From Lama guanicoe (lineage: Eukaryota), in assembly GCA_013239625.1 (NCBI GenBank), contig MU054391.1, positions 1 to 64,000 on the forward strand: a stretch of DNA of 64,000 bases, in the 5' to 3' direction. Below, one piece after another: positions 48,311 to 62,620 of the stretch. How positions within the stretch are numbered: position 1 is the first letter of the stretch; every line of letters begins with the position of its first letter. The translations under genes and the position numbers were made by a program. The notes under the pieces are model-generated. The model had not been told where the DNA came from and made no database searches. It was given only the letters and a program-made list of their open reading frames with translations.

Positions 48311-49879
48311 ACAAAAATAAATTATGTTTAAAAACAAAAACAAGTGAGTTTTTATATTTTATTAGTTATGAGTGTGTTATCTGCATATGGAATCCTATGG
48401 TCAACATATTAAAGATACAGGGTTTAGAAAATCCTATACCATTACCTAGTCCAGAGTAACAATGGCTATTAAGAAATCAGACTTGCCTAAATAAAGAAAA
48501 ATTGTACAGGAAAAAAGCTTTGAACAGTCTTATTTTTAAATAGAGTTATTAGTTTTTATATGGAAAATCTAAAAAGATGTTAACTATTTCAACCACTTCT
48601 TTGCTTAACCGAGACACTTTTATAAACAAAAATATGCTTATCTTTATATGTATACCTACATAATTCTATAAGCAGCATGCCTCTGTGATTTTTTGGAAAC
48701 ATCATATTGGGAATACATATTTCTATTGATATTGAACAAATTTGTACAACATGTTAAGGAAACAGTTTGTTAATATACATCAAAAGTTGTAAAATACCAC
48801 ATTTGACTTAGTATTTTAGAAACTTCTTTGGGTGAATGAGTGCTACAAGAAAACTTTACACATAAAAATGTATATGACAATGAAAAGTTGGAAATAATCC
48901 ATATTTATATGAACAAGAAATTATTTAGCAGGTGGAGAAAAAATGGAATATTATGTAATAAAATTATGTTCAGGGAATTTTTTAAACTGGGGGAAATGCT
49001 AAAATTTAAAAAGCAATGTATCAAAATAGCAATGCACAGTGTAATCTCAGTCATTTTTTAATTCATATGAAGACTTGGAAGAAACAATCCTTTTTCTTAA
49101 TACTATCACATATTTCAAAATTGATCTGTAAAAGTATTATAGTCATGTACATATATATGCTAAAATATATAATAATATGTGTATAAAGCACTAGTATCTT
49201 GTAGGAGAAGTGATAATGGTTTATATGATATTTCCTTTAATGATTAAGGCAGTTAAGAAGATATCAGCTGTGTTAAAAATTTTTGGTAAACAGTAGACTT
49301 AATTTTGTAAACAGACACCAGGGAAAAATTAAAAGGGGAGTTTTTGTTGTAATTTTTAAAGAATATGTGTGCATGCCAAAATTCAAGAGCAATTACATAG
49401 AGAGTTTATTTTTTTAAGACTATTTATAAATGGTCTTGAGAGAGACATTTTATTTTTATATTCTTAGAGTACAGTACACATGTCAAATATAATTGCAATA
49501 ATACCAAGCTAGTTGTTTTGCGAACAAATTGTATCTCCATGTTGGCCTCAAACCATTTGCTGATAAGATTTTTTTAAGTAAAAAATAAAGTACAAATTCC
49601 TCTAAAATATCACTGTTTTCCCTTGGAGTCATTTGCATCCCTGAAGTTTAACCAATGGAGACTCTTCAAAGGGAGAATCTGTGGATAGCTTTCTTTTGAC
49701 CGTCACCCATGTGCTTACAAGGCAAACAAAATCATCCTCAATCCAGTGTAAACATTGCTTGGGTGAGAAAGGAAACTTAAAAAAACCAAGGCCTTTAGCA
49801 GAGTGGCTGATACCCTGAATAATAATTCCAACGGGACTTCGGTATCACAATGACTCCTGGATGCTCAAACAATTAAGTT

Positions 49880-50025
49880 GGTGATTCTCACCCAGAGTGT
49901 TCTGGTCCCTGCTCCCACCAACACGTGCAAACATCTGGAGACACATTTGTCACTGTTGTGGGGGAGGGTGGTGTTAGAGACACACATGCCCTGAACAGCC
50001 CTAATGCTGAGGCTGAGAAACCCTC
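49880..50025. mobile_element. MER20-like hAT-Charlie fragment
   Basis: Termini ggtgattctca...catctggagacacattt...aatgctgaggctgagaaaccct. Confidence 0.6.
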
Positions 50026-50194
50026 AACTGAATGAATCATCAAAATGATATATTTTTCTTTTTTTTCACATGTGTAAATACACCCTAATATCAGATGATG
50101 GAATCTATGCTACATATCACTTAAGGCAAAAAAATCACCACTTTTCTTCATTAACTTCAGGTAATTGTGTGATTTAACAGCATAGGCACTTCAG

Positions 50195-51030
50195 CAGCAG
50201 CAACAACAAAACAAATAATCTTGCTAAAAATGGTGAAGGACTTGAACAGACATGTCTACAAAGAAGACACAAAAATGGCCAAAAAGCACAGGAAAATATG
50301 CTCAGCATCACTAATCAGAGCAATGCAAGTCAAAACCACATGAGATATCACCTCACGCCCACCTGGATGGCTAAATCAAAAGAACAGAAAATAACAAGTG
50401 TTGGTGAGGGTGTGGGGAAACTGGGACATTGGGCACTGTTGGTGGGAATGTAAATTAGTGCAGCCACTATGGAAATGAGTATGGAGAGTCCTCAAAGTAT
50501 TAGATATTTCCAGCAGTCCCACTTCTGGGGTTATACCCATAAGAATTAAAAGTGGGATCTCAAAGACACATTTGCATTCCCACGTCCACTCTGCAGCATT
50601 TCCCACAGTGTCAGGAGGTGAAAGCAATCTGAATTTCCCTTCTAAGATGGATGAGTAAAGGAAATATGGTCAATGGAATATTATTTAGCCTTGAAAAAGA
50701 AGGAAATTCTGCCACAGGCTGCAACATCGATGGACTTGGAGGGTCTTTTGTGACTGGCTGAGCTCACTCAGCATAAGACAAATGCTGTGAGATTCCACTC
50801 ATCTGAGAATAGAAAGAGAAATAGAAAGCAGAATAGTGTTTGCTGAGGGCTGGGGAGGGAGGTGAACTAGTGTGTAATGGGCACAGAGTTTCAGTGACAC
50901 AGGGGTTCTGAAGGTGTGTCACCCAATAACGTAGATACACCTAACACTGCTGAACTGTACATTTAGAAATGATTACGCTGATAAACATTGTAATGTGATT
51001 GTAACCACAATTAGAAATAAAATGTAAAAC
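50195..51030 (+). mobile_element. L1MA9/10-like 3' end
   Basis: ggacttgaacagacat, atgcaagtcaaaaccacatgagatatcacctcac, gcacagagtttcagt, cactgctgaactgtacatttag. Confidence 0.88.
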
Positions 51031-51779
51031 ATTTATAACATGTGCCTGCTTCCCCAGTCACAGGACACAGTTACCCAACTAGTGGCAGCTTTGTGACACC
51101 AAGTCAAAGAACTACCAGCTCAACTGAGGTGCCTCTGATGTCTGTCCCACAACCCACATCTGTGGATTTTCCGTCATCACCTGCACTGCCAGATGGCAGC
51201 CAGCTTCTCTCTTCTCTGTTTGCACCATTCCTCCAAGCTCCCTGCAAACCCCCAGCCCATGCCGTCAGCCTGCTGGAACTGACAGGACCTGGTGCAGGAC
51301 AGCAGCCCCTTCGGCAAGATCCCCACCAGCCGGTGGACATGCGGTGAGTGACTGGATTCATGACTCGTGCTAATGTCAGAGAACTAAGCTGAAGAGAAAG
51401 TAAGTGTGGCTGTAATTGAGACAGAAGAAAAATTAAGGAAACATGGCACTATTTTCTCAGGGTCGGGGCTGAGGGGAGGAAGACACACTGGATGCCCAGG
51501 GTGTGCCTGCCTGTGGCACGTGCTTCCTCACAGCCCTGAGGAAACCTTGGTCAGAGCAGGTGACAGACTTGCCTGAGGCCACATCACCACTTGTCACCAG
51601 CGGGTTCAAGCCTTTCTGAACCGTAAACCTGTGCTTTTCCCACATCACCACACCAAAGGCCTCAGCTCCTTGAATACCCGTAACAATTTCTCCATTTTAA
51701 CCAAGTGGCTGGCGATCGTCTGCTCAGACCAGGGAGGTGCCCTGGTGTTAACATCCCCCCACGTCTGCCATTGTTTGTG

Positions 51780-52140
51780 TCTGTCTGTTCAGAGGATACT
51801 GGACTGTCCTCCCTGTGTCTTTTCCTGTTATGCGAATGAATCGTTCATTGTTTTTACTGCTAAACAACATATTCTGTTGAAAGTGTATCACAGTTTGTTC
51901 ATCAGTGAGAAACTCTGGGCTGTTTCCAGTTTGGGGGGATTGTAAGTAAAGCTGATGTAAACATTCGCACACGGATTTTGCAGGTCCTAAGTTTTCCTTT
52001 TTCCTGGGTGGGAACGTGGGGGTGGACTGTTGGGCCATCGAGCCAGCGTGTGTTTAACTTTGTATGAAGCTGCTGAACTGTTTTAATGTGGCTGCATTTG
52101 CATCCTCACCAGCAGGGCGTGGGAGTTCCTTCCACACTGG
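51780..52140 (-). mobile_element. Old L1 (L1ME-like) fragment
   Basis: ttcattgtttttactgct...tgggctgtttccagtttgggggg...aaagctgatgtaaacattc. Confidence 0.7.
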
Positions 52141-53397
52141 ATGATTTCTGGACTTTTCTGTGACCCCCAGTGGCCTTTGTGGAGAGAGCGCGCCCTCAGC
52201 TCCTGGGCCCCCAGGGCTTCCCCTGCCCCGCCAGCCCTCACGTGAGTTTTGCTTTGTTTCTTGGTAAAGCTCAGAGGTGTCTACCTCTCACTCCTGGAAA
52301 ATTAGCTGTAAAACTTTACTCACTGGACCGTATTACAGACCAGACGTCTGCATCTCACACCTCGTCTGTGGTCCAACCACACCAGTCCCCTGCCTCATGG
52401 CTAGGTCAGCAGGGGTCTGTGAAGAATTTCAGTTCCTAACTTTGCCTGCTAATGCCCAGAGGCGAAGGCCTTCCTGCTGTTCAGCTCAGGGCAGCTATAA
52501 ATAGGTCACAGAGGCAAAGATCTACTACTCAGAATTGCAAGCAGTCCTCCCTGGGACGTTGTTTCCCTTCTGAAAACATCTGACTCCTAAAGTTTTCTAG
52601 CTTTGTGGGAGGCAAAGAAAGAGGGGGTTATTTTAGAGTTTTTTTAATCTTCCAATTTCACATGGTCTTGGCCCTTCTGGGGCCTCTATCGACATTCTCC
52701 CATAACTAATCACTCACCATGAGTCTGAGGAGAAGGTTGATTTTTAGAAATTGCCTTAAAGCGTGTTTTTTCTTATTTGCTCAATGTGTGTTTAATAGAC
52801 AACAAAATAAGTAGAAGTTAATTCTGAACTGAGACCCTGTGGATGTTTTCACGCTCTGGACACACAGGGGAGGCAGCAGACGGAGAGACGGAGCCCACAG
52901 GACAGACTCTTCCGAGGGTTTCAGAAACCAGAATCAGGCCAGGCATGTGTTACCAGACCTGGGACAGCAGGAGCAACCCTCTGCAGGGACCAGGACCCAC
53001 CAGTGCCTGGTGGCTTCACAGGGACCTACCTGTGATCACTGACACCTGCACGCCTGTGTTAGCGTCCTGGGAGCCCTTGTCCCCACCACAACTCACTGCT
53101 CATGACAGGCACCGGTGATAATCCAGGCAGGGCGTGTGGGACTCAGAGATTGTCTAATGCAGAGATGGTGATGTGAAAAATGGAAAACTCAGAATCCTGT
53201 TTCCACTGACATTCTCCCTCCCCTGACGAATTCCTTGTTTGCACTTTCCCACACAACTTCGCAGCTCTTGTCCGTATGTATACATCACGTGTACTTTATT
53301 TTAATGTTAGAAAAATTATCCTGGTGTGGGATTTATTTCACATCTATTTTATAGTAAGTATTATAATGCGTTGCTTCATACTTAGCATTTTATTTGG

Positions 53398-53508
53398 ATT
53401 ATTATTGTATTAATATATTATTGTAATATTATATAATATTAATATATTATATAATGCATATTACATTATATAATTAACATATCATTAATAATATACTATA
53501 TCATTATT
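53398..53508. repeat. AT-rich low-complexity, quasi-palindromic tract
   Basis: attattattgtattaatatattattgtaatattatataatattaatatattatataatg... Confidence 0.85.
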
Positions 53509-54619
53509 CGTTTACTTGTACAATGTTTTAAGAATGGCCACTCAGTGCTATTGCTGGGTGTTTAGATTATGTTACTACCCACACTCCAAAGAGTAACTTT
53601 TACTGATTTCACTCTCCTTCTGGATTATTTTATTGAGGTTCCTTCCCATTTGTCCATATGTTTACGTAACTAATATTTGAGATAGTTGTAGTGTTTTTTG
53701 CCAACCAGCACACGTTGGAAGGCTTGCAGTCCTGTGACTGGGGCCATCCCCGTACCTGAGAAGGAGGAGCACGGGGTTGATGCCAGTCAGTGCTCCTCTG
53801 TCACTCAGAGCACCTCCTCTCCGTGTGTCCTTGCCGCCTTCCCAGCCCTCTCGGGGAAATACACAGACGGTTCATTCTCAGCACCACAGTGAAGCCTGGC
53901 ATCTCTCCTCTCAAAGTGTCTCTTCCCACTCCAATTTTGGTCTTTTCTCACTGTCTGCTCTTAAACTGGCCTCTGAGCTCCTTCTAAGTGGGAGTTGGCC
54001 CTGCAGGGGAATTTTGCAAGTAATATGTAACCAAGAAATCAGCACCGATTTGACTAGGGGAGGCGACAGCTCTGGAAGTAAACTGTGCACCAGGGCCTCA
54101 CGGCCGGCATCTGACTCGTCCCGTGGCCAGACTGGCATCCTTCCCTGTGCTCGGCCCTGCGGAGTGTGGCTGACCTGCCTTTGTGGTGGTGCTTTGGCCA
54201 CCAGGCTGGGTCTGCCCCGCAAAGCCCAAAACAACTAGAGACACAAGCCTGGAGACTGACCCTTCAACCTTGGCCGGCCCTGAGGACCACCCAGAAACGC
54301 ACTGCGTTTCCCTAAAACTGACTCCGAATCCCCATAATGGCTGCTTTATGCCTTTTCTTTTCTCACTTAGAGACTGTTCTCATTCTTTTTTGAGAAAATA
54401 GAAGTCTGGTGGGACCGCCCTGGCCTTCAAGCCCCGAGCCCACGGGCCTGCCCGCTTTGGACACGAAGTTCCTCTCTCCTCCTGAGAAAGTAACTGGACC
54501 AGTCCAAGCACATCAAAGGCCACCTTCCCAAAGCTCAGTCGTCCAGGTGTTCCCGCTGTGTCCACATGCCCACCGCTTCTGCCCTTTTCTCTGCTCTTCA
54601 CAGCCGACCTTACCTGCCT

Positions 54620-55230
54620 CTCCCCTGTGTCTCCCCGATCCTGCCCTCAACTCACTGCAAGGGGCTCTCGGCTGTGCCTACCCCTGGAAGGACTGTTGTC
54701 AAGGCTGTCAGTGGCTTCTGCACCAATGTCCAAGGAGCTCTCCCCCATCTTCACCTTCCTTGGCATCCGCGTAGGCGCATCCTCCTGACTGGCACGTCTC
54801 ATTTGTCTCCCTTGGTTTTATATTATTAAATCTTCCTGGCCTTTCCCAAATTTGTTGGCCACTCATATCTGCAGTCCTGCTGCTCTGACCCACACAGAGC
54901 CCTCCCTGGGACCGGGCCTCCCTCCTCCTCCAGATGCTTCTCTGGGTCAGGGTGTGCTCCAGCCCTTAGCCTTCCTCGGGCTTTAGACTTGCAGACTCAG
55001 GGCTCCCCTTGAGGCTTCCACTTGGACGTCTAACAGGCCCTGAGACTTTATGTAGCCACAGGAGAGTGTCTCTGCAAGTCCCCCAAGTGACAAGTGGACT
55101 GTTCTCACCTCCGCATTCTACCCATCAGGATGCTGGGGTTTCCACAATAGCTCCTCCGTGGCTGCTTTTAGTCCACTGCTCGCCAGCCGCTGAGCACATC
55201 AGACTGTCACTCTGTCACCGAAAGTCTTGT
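54620..55230 (+). mobile_element. L2 fragment
   Basis: ctgttgtcaaggctgtcagtggcttctgc...ccccatcttcaccttccttggc...ccacttggacgtctaacagg. Confidence 0.6.
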
Positions 55231-56798
55231 AAAGGCCTGAAACTTTGGACCTGGGCCCATGTGTCCCTAAAGCCCAGACCATTTTGGAAGCCCTCCGTTC
55301 AAAGAGGATGCATGTTTGCTCCATCTGGTGCTGTCTTTACATGTTAGAATTAGGTTCTGGGGGCCACAGAGGCATGTGGATTGAAACCCCAGACTGAAGC
55401 CCTGTGCTCAGGAACACTCTGGAGTGATTTTTCCCCCCCTTTCCCCCCTGTTTACCCCTCCACCAGAGTTCAAAGTGCAGTAAGTATGTCTGTAAGGTTG
55501 ACTGTCTTCTCAAGCACTCCAGTTGTCCCCTTGCAAAGAGCCTGAATTTACAAAGGCCACGTCTACCTCCGGCCAGTGAGCCCTGAAAATCCCACACTTC
55601 GTGCCCCCAAGGTTTAACATTTTCCTTCAGCCAGTCAAGACCTGCTTGCTTTTGTGAATTGGACTTCCAAAGCTTTCCTCCTCAGCTGTGTTTTAATGTT
55701 TGGTTTGTCTTCATTTTTCCTGACTTCCTAGTCCCCAGGTCCCTGTGTCTCAGAGAGTGAGGCCTCTCTGCTTCTGTTCATTGTGGTTGAGAACTTCGTA
55801 TCATTCTCAGCCAGTGTGGTGTTGAACAGAACACAAACCCTGACTTAAGAATTTTGAGAAGAGGAGGGGCAGGGGGAGGGGACAGTTCTGATCCCGAGAA
55901 CTTCAAGCATCACCAGCTCGCCGGCTTAGGCAGAACAGAATGTTCCTTTCTGAGGAGGCATGCAAAGGGATCAAAAGGTGAGCAGGTCAGAGGATGTTAC
56001 CCCGAGGCCAGCTGCTCCTCAGAGAAGCAATGGAGGTGACACCCATCATCCTGGTGCTCTGGGGAGGCCCAAGTTCAGGGCCCGTGGGGAGGAGAGAATC
56101 TTAGTCAGAGATCAGCTAGCAAGCCAACACGATTTTGTTCCACGCATCCGTGGAGACAAGTCAGTGCAGTTAATCATTTATGGGCCAAAGAATGGGAACG
56201 TGGAGGGTCTGCCTCTAGCCTTGTTGCTGGAGAACAAGGGCCTCTGGTTGCCTCACCTCGGTGTGCGGAGAGGGGCTCCTCTGCCATCAGTCCTTACAGC
56301 GTGAAGGGTGTGCCTGGCTTTTCTCTTTGCCGGGAGCCCAGGGCTGTGCAAAATTCAGCATCATCAGCAGCTAGAAACAATTTTTGTCCATGACGGATTT
56401 CCTCCTTGGTCCAGAGCTTGACTTTCATGGAGTTCCCTATGCTACCTGTCACCGAGTTCCTGTCTCAGGTCTCTGGTCACCAGTCACAGCAGTGCTAACT
56501 CAACAGAGTGCTTCCTCTTGTGGGGAGAACTAGACTGAAAAGAGAGCTTCCATTCAGCAGAATGTGGGAGCCTTGGTGAAACAGTTGTAACTGCCTGGGA
56601 GACAGAACTTAAGGATTTTAGTCATCTTGTTTCTAGAATACGGGATTTGTGTCTGTGTGCATGTATTATGAACTGTCTTTTTCCACTAAATATTTTATAG
56701 CATTTTTAAAGTCCTATATTTAAGAACATTCAAATACTGTTGCAAATTAAAAACCTGGAACAAGTGTACCCATTTAACTGCTGCAGCAGCACCAGGGC

Positions 56799-56975
56799 AG
56801 GCCTCGGCAGCGGGTGGTGGAGAGGCCTGGGCAGGGGGTGGTGGAGAGGCCTGGGCAGCGGGTGGTGGAGAGGCCTGGGCAGGGGTGGTGGAGAGGCCTG
56901 GGCAGGGGTGGTGGAGAGGCCTGGGCAGCAGGTGGTGGAGAGGCCTGGGCAGCGGGTGGTGGAGAGGCCTGGGCA
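56799..56975. repeat. G-rich minisatellite, 7 x 23-24 bp
   Basis: Unit gggcag(c/g)gggtggtggagaggcct. Confidence 0.97.
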
Positions 56976-57427
56976 AGGTTTGCCCCTTCCATGGCCACCC
57001 AGCCATGGAGCCAGACACAGTCCCTGCACATCCAATGTTGGTCCTGTTGAGTGAGAAACAATTCACTTCTGATGACTTAAAACAGGAAATACGCTCTCTA
57101 AATGTGTGTACTGTGTGGATCACTGCCCAGGTAACTTTTAGAACATAAGTAACACATTGAACAGTCCACATTGAAATGCACTGAACTTGCTTCTAAGGGG
57201 TTGACATGTAACCTCATGGGAAAGTCTCTTCCCAGGACTGACATTATAACTGTAATCTCCTCGGAGGTGCCAGGAGAGAAATTCCATCTAGCTTGGCAAG
57301 GGTAAGCCAGAACAAAGCAAGAATAAACTAATATCCTGGCTATGTTTATCTTTACCCTTTGGAAAAAAATAATTTCTACTTGAATTCTTTTTCTTTTTTA
57401 GCTGTTATTAAGAAAGTAAAACATAAC

Positions 57428-57992
57428 TGATAAAGGAGATGTGTTGTATATACACAATGGAACACTGCTCAGACATAAAAAAGAATAAAATAATGTCATT
57501 TGGAGCAACATGGATAGACCTGGAAATCATCATTCTAAGTGAAGTAAGTCAGACAGAGAAAGGAAAATGTCATATGATATCACTTAAATGTGGAACTGAA
57601 AAGGAAAAAAAAAGGCATAAATGAACTTATTTACAAAACAGAAATAGACTTACAGATGTAGAAAACAAACATACGGTCACCAGGGGTGAAGGGGTGGGGA
57701 GGGATAAATTGGAAGTTTGAGATTTGCAGATACTAACTAGTATGTATAAAACGGATAAATAACAAGTTTCTTCTGTACAGCACAGGGAACTATATTTAAT
57801 ATCTTGTATTAACCTGTAATGAAAAAGAATATGAAAAGGAATATATGTATGTACATGTATGCTTGAAACATGTTGTACACCAGAAATTAACAAAACATTA
57901 TAAACTGACTATAGTTCAACTGAAACAAAAACGAAGTCAAAAAAACCTCTGAAGAAAAATTAAAAATTAAAAAATTAAAAAAAAAATTAAAA
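57428..57992 (+). mobile_element. Camelid-type L1 3' end with A-rich tail
   Basis: ORF2 C-terminus (YTMEHCSDIKKNKIMSFGATWIDLEIIILSEVSQTEK) followed by 3'UTR and an aaaaatt-repeat tail. Confidence 0.92.
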
Positions 57993-59279
57993 ACCGTGAT
58001 ATAAAATGCTGGACAAAGATAAATCTAAATGCACAACCACAGCACTCTAATGCGCAAAATGTGTTCACCTTTGTTGTCCCTTCCAGTCTCCAGACATACA
58101 CCAATTTTACACAGCTTGGTCATAATGCGTGTAAAATGGTCTATCCTAAATTTTTTCTCAACAACATGCTATAGGCACTTTCTGTCTTGTTATTTACTTG
58201 CCGTAATCATAATTGTAACGGCTGAGTCACATTTCAGATCTTCTTAATACCAGTAAATATAATGTTCACATGGCTGTGAATAAAATGTTGTTGCACCGTG
58301 ATGAAAGAAACACGCCCCTAAACTGCAGGCCTTGAGGAGTTACACGTTATTACCTGCGTGGCCAACAACAGCTGACTTTCCTCTATGCTTCACATACTTT
58401 GAAATTCATTAACTATTTCAGAGTGAAGTGGATTTGTCCCGTCTCTGCCTCCTGGAGCCTGGTCTCCGTGGCGAGGGCCGTCTCGCTGGGGTGGGCGTCT
58501 CAGCACACGCTCACTCTCCCTTGGCTCTCTTTTCTCTGGCTGGTGCCCACATTCCCACAGTTTAATTTTAAACTTTATCCTTTCCCATGTGCTGTGTTTC
58601 TTTTAGATAACGTGCATGTAATTACAAAAATAAATCCAGATCAAGGCTGCCTTTTGGAGGGATGGGTGCTTTGCAAACAACCCTCACAAGGTCCACAGAA
58701 GACGGTGTCCCTCCTCTGTGCTTACTGTGTGGGAAAAAAGCACCGTGACCATTTTAGCATAATTATGGGGGAAAAAATCCAACCCACTGAGTAAAAATTA
58801 GCTTTGCGAGTCTGTTGATCACTTTTGAGCTCTTCAAACGTACACCCACATGTGTTCATGTCCTTTTCTGCCTTAATTTGTTTTCCACATCTTTGCAAGG
58901 GTGCAAGCTACCAGACTTGCTTTGGCTCAGGGGGACGTTTGCCAGCCTGACACATGGCTGAGAGAGATCTGAGAAGAGAAGGTGAGGGAGGCACAGACTG
59001 CCCATCGGGACCTCACAGGCAGGAAGAGACTGTTCCCCCCAGGCTTGGGTTTGGCCTGTGGGAAACACCTGGCTTCAGGATGTCTGGGGGAAGAAGTGGT
59101 CTGGAGCGATTTCATGGAACCTAGTTGGCTTTCAGTTTTATTTCACAGTATGGCATCAGAGAGAGTGGGTGTACCAAACACTGTTTCTAATGCACTCTTG
59201 TGCTGTTTTTCTAGACCCCAATGAATGACAAGAGTGCTAGCACCTTCTGTTTTGCACCAGAACAGTAATATTTCTCACA

Positions 59280-59375
59280 CCACTACACAAGGGCAGGGAT
59301 ATTTGTCTTCTTTATTCTGCCTTGAATGGTGTCTGGCACACAGTAGATACTCAATAAACACATGTTGATTGAACA
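59280..59375 (+). mobile_element. L2 3' end
   Basis: aagggcagggatatttgtc...gtctggcacacagtagatactcaataaacacatgttgattgaa. Confidence 0.85.
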
Positions 59376-59924
59376 TATAGATGATTGAAGAGGCATCTAA
59401 CATAACAGACTCATAATAAATTCTTATAGAGCATGGTCTTAATATGTACGTAGGTATAAATTGTTCACCTGGAAATTACAAGACTTACCCAACTTCCATT
59501 TATTAACTGGCATTTCCTGCAGGTCAGTAGCTGAGTGCATAATGACACAGCCTCTGTCCTCCAGGAAGGCACTGCTATCTGGTGGGAGACACAGAGATGC
59601 AAACAGGCACAGAAAATACAGCGTGTGTTACAGGTAGGTTCAGTCCTGAATAAACGTGCCACAGAAACTACAGTCAGACCAGCAAGTACCCACCAAGCCC
59701 CTGGGTGCAGGAAGTCCTGATGAACAACCCTGCCTGATGCCCAGGGCCTGATGCCCCACTATCACGTTCCTTGATGCAGACAGTCTACCGATGGTCACGC
59801 AGAAAGCAGCAAATGCCAAGTAAAGCACAGCAGCTGAACTCTGACCACCAGTTGCGTTTACACATACTGATCAATGCTGAGCCCCAGTTCACGTGCAAAC
59901 TTCACATGACAGCAGTAATAGTGA

Positions 59925-60092
59925 TAACACTTCAGTAATGTTCACTGAGCATTTCCTAAGTGCTCGGCACTGGATGAGATTACTTACATGCATGAACTTC
60001 TTTCATACCTGTTTCACAGATGGAAAGCCTCTTGCATAAATCACAGAGCCTGTAGGCAGCAGAGCCAGAGTCAAACCCAGGCAGCTGAGTCT
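59925..60092 (-). mobile_element. MIR
   Basis: cactgagcatttcctaagtgctcggcactg...tttcacagatgg...tcacagagcctgtaggcagcagagccagagtcaaacccaggcag. Confidence 0.8.
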
Positions 60093-61274
60093 GGTCAGGT
60101 TTAGCCCTGGGCCCAGCGGTCTGGTTCCAGCATGTCATGTTGACTTGACATTGACGTGACTACGCATAAATTACTTCAAACGCAGGACCCTGAGAAGGTA
60201 CGGCAGACCAGCCCGGGTGGGAGAGCCTGTTTTTCCCAGTCTCAGGGCTGGTTGGAGCCTCCACATGGGTTTGGAACCAGCACACCCACTGACCCGGGGC
60301 TCTGGCTCTGTCACACACTTGCCGTGGCAGGTGGGCAGGACCACTGACGCTTGCATGGTGACGCCACCCATTCAGCATGAGGTTAGTTGAGGGAACGGGT
60401 TTGGCAGGATCTGGGAAACCATGAGGCCTAAAATACACATGCAATGTTTGTATTTTGTTCACATTAAAATACGGACATTTTAACAGGATGAAGAAAAAAC
60501 ATTGCTTTCCTTTTTGAATATAATTGTGTAAGATTTAAACAATTTGTTTTATTGTTTTTAACTAAATTCTTTAATCACTGTCTTCTTAGGATGGCACAGT
60601 TGTATCAGCTTGTACTGTGACCAGTAAGGATTTTGGGGTATTTGATGGAGGGGTCAGTCTGTCAGGTACTAAACTGGCCCCACAGGATTTATCTGAACAT
60701 CAGCCTTAACCAGTCTGGAAACACGAACAGCAGAGCCATCTGGTCAAGGGGCAGTGTGTTCACAGTGCAGCTTCATCCAGACAGAGAAAAAGAAGAGAAA
60801 TCACTCAGGGCCTCTTTCTTTCTGTTCCAGACTGATGTCGAAGTCTGGGCAGCTTCCCCGGAAGTCTCATGTCGTGTGTGGGCACAGTGGCCCTAGGACC
60901 GCAGGGAGCCTCCAGGTGACCTGCTGAGCTCAGTGAGAAGCACCCTTGGTTCAGGCAAAGTCTCCCTCCTTGGTTTCCACCCCTTGGCCTTTGCTGATGT
61001 CGTCCCACAAGAACTGGGTCTGAAGACAGACAGCTTTGTTTGCACGGCTATGATAATAAAAATGCAGTTATGAAATAATGGAAAAGTGCATATAAAAACA
61101 TACAGAAAAGCCAAACACAACAGCAGCCCAGCCAAGCACAGCAATTGAGCCCTAACCCTTAAGAATGCCAAGTAGAGAGACTCTGGCCTTAAAGGCATAT
61201 TCATGCAATGCTTAAAAACATAGAAACCTTAAAAAAAAAACTCTTTATGCAAAAAATTCAATTACAATTGTGTA

Positions 61275-62620
61275 TTTCTTACTTTAAAATAATTTTGGAC
61301 TTACAGAAAATTTGCAAAAACACTGCATAGATTTTCCACCATTTTCTAATGTTAGTATCTTATTAATTATCAAAACGATTGACCGCAGAATTAATTTTGG
61401 TTTCATGTTTTTGCATGGATGCCCTTGGTTGGTCCAGGAATCTGTCTAGTGCTTCTCTGCGTCTCCATGTCTTTCATGAGGAAGGAAGGTCTTGGAGAGC
61501 TCTGCTCAGGTACTGGGCCGACTGTTCCCCAACATCTTATTGGTGGTGTAACCCTGATCCCTTGACTGAAGCACTGCCTTCTGGGTTTCTCCATTGCAGG
61601 GTTACTTTGTTTCCCTTTTATTCACTAAATATCTTGGGGAGATACTTTGAAGCTATGTATGAATCCTTTGCCCCTAATTTTGCAGCCATGAGTGTATCTC
61701 GCCTGAAAGAATGATAACTGTTGTGTCTAATGGTGACTTTATACTTCCTTGATTCCTTTTACATTATTGGTTGGAATTCTTCTGTGAGGAGTTGCTGCCC
61801 TTCTCCCTCATTTATGCATTTATTCAATGATTTATATCAGTATGGGCTCATGGGTGTTTATTTTTGGGGTCATAATAGAATATTTTCATTATTTATTTTG
61901 TTGCCCAGATTATTCAGGCTTGGGTGGTTGGGCACCCATGCAGGTGAGCTCCTCTTCCCTTTCCATGTTTCCACGCCCTTTCTGAGCACTTCCTTACATT
62001 CTGGCCCAACAAGATCTCCCAGGCTCATCTTGTGTTTTTTCCCTGCACCCCAGCCCTGGAACCAGCAAATTCTCCAAGGAACCCTGGCTCCTTTTACTGA
62101 TATTTAGATGGTATTTTAATGGAATTTTGAAACCAGGATGTGGTGAGTGCAGAACAAACAGGGTGTCATTGCCTCTGGGACCTCTCCCCGGACAGAGCGG
62201 TGCATGACCCAGGCACACACACGTCTCTCTCCACTTATCTGTGTAGATATTAGAAGCCATGTGCTCATACTGATGCCTCTGATTCTATCCAAAACCAGGG
62301 TTTACTCCTGTCTTACTCCTTGATGTACTTGAAACTTCTTTTTCTGAGGATGAGAAACATTATCCACAACGTACCTCCTGGCTTGTCCAATCCTAGTGCA
62401 TCCATAAAGCTGTTCTAGAGTTGCTATCCCACATCACCAAACAACAAATTCACCAACTAGAGGACAGTACTTGTGTACAATTTTAGCTTAGTTTTTTTCA
62501 GTCAAAACACCGTCAAGTTCGTTCAGGTGAGGTGTCTCCCTCCTGCTCCTTCAGTGTGGGGGTGTCGCTCACCTGCAACATAGTCAGGGTCACTGTGTGG
62601 TTTTTCCTCTCCTTTTTTGT
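61275..62620 (-). mobile_element. L1MC4/L1MC5-like 3' end
   Basis: aaataattttggacttacagaaaatttgcaaa, gggagatactttgaagctatg, cagccctggaaccagcaaattctccaaggaaccctggctcc. Confidence 0.8.

Noticed and set aside
56695..57171. Pro/Gly-rich repeat proteins
   Set aside because: Translations of the minisatellite, open in all frames
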